IMG/VR virus record: IMGVR_UViG_3300045391_004554
Coordinates: 1 to 64,000 of that record
Reading direction: 5' to 3' (one strand)
Origin: a virus
DNA: 64,000 bases
Below are positions 59,912 through 64,000 of the stretch, one piece after another (the stretch's first letter is position 1; each line of letters opens with the position of its first letter). The notes under the pieces are model-generated. The model was not told the DNA's origin. It searched no databases and was given only the letters and a program-made list of their open reading frames with translations. The position numbers and the translations under genes were made by a program.

Positions 59912-60966
59912 TATTTTAAAGTAACAGAAGCCAATATTATTATTGGATTTAACCCTTCTATAGTTCTAAATTCTTCATTACCGGCAGTTTGAATAATTAG
60001 ACGTTCTTTATTGTCAATTACTTCAACTGTTAGAATATCAATTACTTGCTTAGTCCCTAAAATCATTCCAGAAGCAGACTCCCAACATTTTGACAATTTT
60101 AAAAATTGGCCATTGGAATTAATATAGTCCAATAATAAAGAATACTGGCCTTTACGGTCAGGTTCTTCTTTTATATCGTTATCAGATACAAATATTCTGA
60201 TTTCGATACCCGGCTTTGCTGTTACAAACATATTTTTTATTTTAGTCCGAATAAACGTTTAAACTTCCTTTCAGCATTCTGAGCATTCAAGGATGGCATA
60301 TAAATACAATTTGGCTTGGTTTTAATTTCCTGCCTGCTTTTCTTTACGCCATTTCGCATGAGCACGATATCGGTTTTAACTACTTCAGCTGGCTGTATCA
60401 ATCCCTCCTTGGCATCGATCTCAAAAAGATGGTGGTTAGGCTTAAGCTGATCTACCTCGTACACTAATTTATTATCCATGGGATTAACCATCTGGGACCG
60501 CAATTCTGTCACAGTCAGATTATCCTTTGAACTTATTGTTAAAACTTCCCCCATTTGTAAAATATTTTATAAATAATAACCTTCGTCGTAAAATACCCCC
60601 ATCACTATATCATGCTCACTTTCGCCAGTTTCAGGTTCACCGTATACAACCATTGGCATATCACCAACAATTGCATCGCCCCAATTAGGACATTCTTCGG
60701 TTTCACAAATCTGCTGGCTCATTATATTCTGTCCAATGTGTTACTCCCCTGATGTGCTGACCTTCCATTGTCTGCCATATTTTCAAATCATGATTATAAT
60801 GGCCAAAATAGCTTCTATATTTATCAAAGCAATTTCTATCTTCGATTAGCCCTATGAAAAAAATAGGCCGGAATTTAAATCTATCAGTCAAAAACGAATA
60901 AACCTGCATTATTCCCGGTTGCTCCCGTTCAGGCAATCCATCTTCAACTTTGGTCCAATCTATCAT
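59911..60966 (-). other. Small hypothetical genes inserted in the structural module
   Basis: 59911-60231, 60237-60554, 60703-60966 (W..VED.LPE...VTHW, DUF551-like). Confidence 0.65.
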
Positions 60967-63900
60967 TTTCCGCTTGTGCTTATATGCTGCATTAAAATAT
61001 GATCAATTTCGCTATAACTATTTAATTGGGTCACATCCCTCACTAACCTGATCCTGCAATACTCCCCGGCGATCTTACCACCGCGATCCACGATCATAGA
61101 CGGTGAATCATTTTGATTTGACGGATAACTGCCCATATTTCTCAGCAAGGTTGAATAAAATTTATTCTGCCTTTTTCTCACCCAAAACGGCGCCACATAA
61201 CTGTATAAGTTTGGATGGTTCGTCTTGATTTTATCTACGAAGAACTTGACTACCGGGCTTGTAATGATGATGCATTGGTAAGTCAGATCGCGCTCCTCTT
61301 TTGGATAAAATGACAGATCAATAACCTGGCTGTCAGAAACTCCATAAAACTCATTAAATGTATCTACATCCTTTGAATTATGCAAATATGGCACGCCATT
61401 TACAAAAGAAATAAATTCATTACCTGATATTGACTTCTGCAGCATGCCATAGAATTCCGGGACAAATGTTTCGAACCTGGCCCATTGTTTCTGCTCTATG
61501 CTGAATGTGAACGTTTCGTTGAGCTCAGTAAAAGTCTCCCGCTCCGTATTCACGAAATCGTTAACCTGAGTTGAGCTATTTTTTCGTTTACGGAAGCTGA
61601 ATGATATCTCCTTGTATTTTGGATTGACACCAACCGTGAGCTCCATTAGATTACTTAAAATCGTCGCCGGATCTAGTGAGTTATTATAATTCCGCTGGTA
61701 GTTGAACTTGTCAGAGAAATAACTCTTTACACCCAGATCGGCGATATCAATAGCGGTGCGATAATCACATAGCGCGATGGCCTCCTTTTTTGAATCCGCC
61801 CAGACAACGTAGTTCTTATCTCCCTCTATAAACTGGATGGTGCCAGTATCGGCATATTCACATCCAAACATGCTTTCTTTTTTCTGCTGAGGATCGCCTA
61901 TGATATTATCGGCACTGGCCACGATAAGCCCGGCAGAAGTACTCCTTACCAGCTGCAGATCATAGTCCGTCATGAACCAATCACTCTGGCAGATGAATAC
62001 GATCAGTTTATTTTGCGCATGCCCGGCAACAATTCCCCCGCGTTCCTGTCCCTTGAACTGCTTCCGGTTACTTCCTCTCCATGTACCGAATCCGTTGATC
62101 TGCCCCTGGTTCACAAACTCGTCAGATTTTATAACATCGTCTGGATACCATTGCTGCATTGCCTGGTTGTTTTTCACCAGAACCCGGCCAAGACTGCTGC
62201 AGTTGGCGCCCCAGAAATCTGATACGGACGACGACATGAAAGGATGCAGAATAGCTTTGCCTGTACATTTCGAGATATTCAGGCTACGGTTTTGATAATA
62301 AGTATCGAAAGCATTCAGCACGAACTGCTTAGCCAGTATTTTACCTTCGCTGGTGAAATACATCCCCGGCACTTCAAAATATGCCTCTTCTTCTTCGCCG
62401 TTGCTTGGGGTTGAAAGCTGTATCCAGAACCCGCACTGCTTGCTCAGGGCCAGCAATCGTTTATCAAATGCAATAAAAATATCACTGCCGGTGATTGTAG
62501 CATTCACATTGTTGGTTGTGGTAATGCCTGTAGTTTCATCCGTAGTAGAAGTTGAAGTGCTTTCTTCCTGAACAGATTGATTAAAGTCAGAGCCTAATAC
62601 CTGGAAGTCCAGATAACCGTTGTTTTTAGCAGGGTCAAAGAGATTACCGTTACCATCATCATAGATACGCACAAAATCTCCAGGCACCTGTTGATATTCT
62701 ACCGTAGTAGAAAAGTTGTTTTGCTTATTATAATCCAGCAATGACTGTATGCTGATCTTTGCCCGGACCGCTCCGTTTCCGTCAGCAAGTATGTTCCCAT
62801 CTTTATCCAGGAAAGAAATTGCATCCCCAACCCAGTGAAGATATTTTTTATTCGTCAGCTCTTTAGTAACTGAAAAACTTATGTAGGCAAGATCATTAGG
62901 TAATATCAAATCCTGTAGAAGGTTCACCACGATCTGCATAGGATTGAAGTTTCCTTTTTGCGGAAAACTTGGCGCATCGATATAACCGATAAAGTTTGCA
63001 TACTGCACGCGTCCCGCACGGTCCCAACCTTGCACTGAAACGCCATACCGTCCGCCTTCCTTAATACTATTTACATTCTGATCAGCAAAGGTAAAAGAGA
63101 AATTAAAAGTCGCCGGATATATTCTTTCGACACAACTGTTACAACCAACAATATTGCTGTCATAAGGTTGTACATCCAGGCAAGACGCCGCACAGGTTTG
63201 CATTAAACAAGATCCTGAAACATTAGCATAAATCCTGCCTTGGTAAGCGGCATTTCCGTCATGCGCTATAATCTCAAAAGCGCCGTCAATGCCTGTATAG
63301 GCTGTGGCGCCCTGCGTTAAGGTAACGCCGACACCTGCTATAGGAGCGCCTGTCTTACAGTCAAGGACGGTACCACGAATCTTTATTTGCATGCACGGCC
63401 CCAGAGGGCCTCCTAAAAAATCGGCTACCGATATATTTTCCTGGTAGTAGCCATTATCCTGTTTGGCATTAAGGTGAATTGCGGTTTCAGCTAAGATATT
63501 AGGGCCATTACAATTCACTAATCCGATGAACTGCACTTCCCCTTTATAGGCAGTTCCCATGGCCATATATTCAAAATAATAGCCGTTGTGATCCGTTATC
63601 TTTCCGCTTCTTTCATATTGTGCTAAACCACCTAAACCAGCTTTTTTAATATATGTTGCCCGTTCATAAGGCTGCAACGAAGTATCATCTTCCTGTAAGT
63701 ACCCTTCGATGAACCGCCATAGATTATTGAAAACACCGGCGTTCCCGGATTGCTGAAAGACATACGGAACAAAAAGATAAAACAAACTATTATTTGTTGT
63801 CCAGGCATCAAAATCCTCTGTGCAAACATCGACCTCTATTTCCTTTACAAAGTTGTTTACACCGGCCCAGTTTGAAAGGCCAAACATCGCGTTGATATTA

Positions 63901-64000
63901 TTCTTATTGGCAAGACCTATTATGGAGGTCGATGTTTTCTGATATTGGGTATTCAGATCGACACCCTGACGTGCCATACGTGCGATATATTTTCCAGCTG
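60963..64000 (-). CDS. Tail tubular/nozzle (stabilization)-like protein, 5'-truncated by the window edge
   Basis: Frame stays open to position 64000; beta-propeller-like C-terminus; directly upstream of ejection proteins. Confidence 0.6.
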   Translation of the reverse strand, partial: AGKYIARMARQGVDLNTQYQKTSTSIIGLANKNNINAMFGLSNWAGVNNFVKEIEVDVCTEDFDAWTTNNSLFYLFVPYVFQQSGNAGVFNNLWRFIEGYLQEDDTSLQPYERATYIKKAGLGGLAQYERSGKITDHNGYYFEYMAMGTAYKGEVQFIGLVNCNGPNILAETAIHLNAKQDNGYYQENISVADFLGGPLGPCMQIKIRGTVLDCKTGAPIAGVGVTLTQGATAYTGIDGAFEIIAHDGNAAYQGRIYANVSGSCLMQTCAASCLDVQPYDSNIVGCNSCVERIYPATFNFSFTFADQNVNSIKEGGRYGVSVQGWDRAGRVQYANFIGYIDAPSFPQKGNFNPMQIVVNLLQDLILPNDLAYISFSVTKELTNKKYLHWVGDAISFLDKDGNILADGNGAVRAKISIQSLLDYNKQNNFSTTVEYQQVPGDFVRIYDDGNGNLFDPAKNNGYLDFQVLGSDFNQSVQEESTSTSTTDETTGITTTNNVNATITGSDIFIAFDKRLLALSKQCGFWIQLSTPSNGEEEEAYFEVPGMYFTSEGKILAKQFVLNAFDTYYQNRSLNISKCTGKAILHPFMSSSVSDFWGANCSSLGRVLVKNNQAMQQWYPDDVIKSDEFVNQGQINGFGTWRGSNRKQFKGQERGGIVAGHAQNKLIVFICQSDWFMTDYDLQLVRSTSAGLIVASADNIIGDPQQKKESMFGCEYADTGTIQFIEGDKNYVVWADSKKEAIALCDYRTAIDIADLGVKSYFSDKFNYQRNYNNSLDPATILSNLMELTVGVNPKYKEISFSFRKRKNSSTQVNDFVNTERETFTELNETFTFSIEQKQWARFETFVPEFYGMLQKSISGNEFISFVNGVPYLHNSKDVDTFNEFYGVSDSQVIDLSFYPKEERDLTYQCIIITSPVVKFFVDKIKTNHPNLYSYVAPFWVRKRQNKFYSTLLRNMGSYPSNQNDSPSMIVDRGGKIAGEYCRIRLVRDVTQLNSYSEIDHILMQHISTSGK

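Noticed and set aside
1-64000. Genome-wide stop-codon recoding
   Set aside because: Long ORFs are intact in code 11, all three stops are used, and no suppressor tRNA is present; anticodons TAG/TAA are Leu, not suppressors

Overview
The window is a 64-kb piece of a lytic-looking, podovirus-type (crAss/phi14:2-like layout) bacteriophage of a Bacteroidota host. Host evidence: TTTG..TAnnTTTG promoters, SD-less A-rich translation starts, and MBG-repeat adhesin domains like those of Sphingobacteriaceae. Layout: three minus-strand nuclease genes (158-2273) around a GC-skewed non-coding stretch; a plus-strand early/middle arm of about 75 mostly small genes (2780-31217; ArdC, two C5 methylases, YopX, ASCH, ParB-like); and a minus-strand late arm (31298-64000; lysis genes, tail fibres, four tRNAs, a 2688-aa virion protein, tail nozzle). 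Two RNA-level systems stand out. (1) The first early transcription unit (promoter about 2427-2459 to terminator 10410-10442) contains one type III hammerhead and six pistol self-cleaving ribozymes. Each pistol is predicted to cut 18-22 nt upstream of a start codon, so the polycistron appears to chop itself into individual mRNAs. (2) The tRNA-Pro/Leu/Leu cluster sits directly behind a Leu/Pro-rich leader peptide and a terminator/antiterminator pair, which looks like a ribosome-mediated attenuator that switches on phage tRNAs when those codons stall. Also seen: two recurring intergenic DNA motifs, candidate structured ncRNAs, atypical tRNAs, and three interrupted genes. All calls were made by eye; no database search or folding computation was run.
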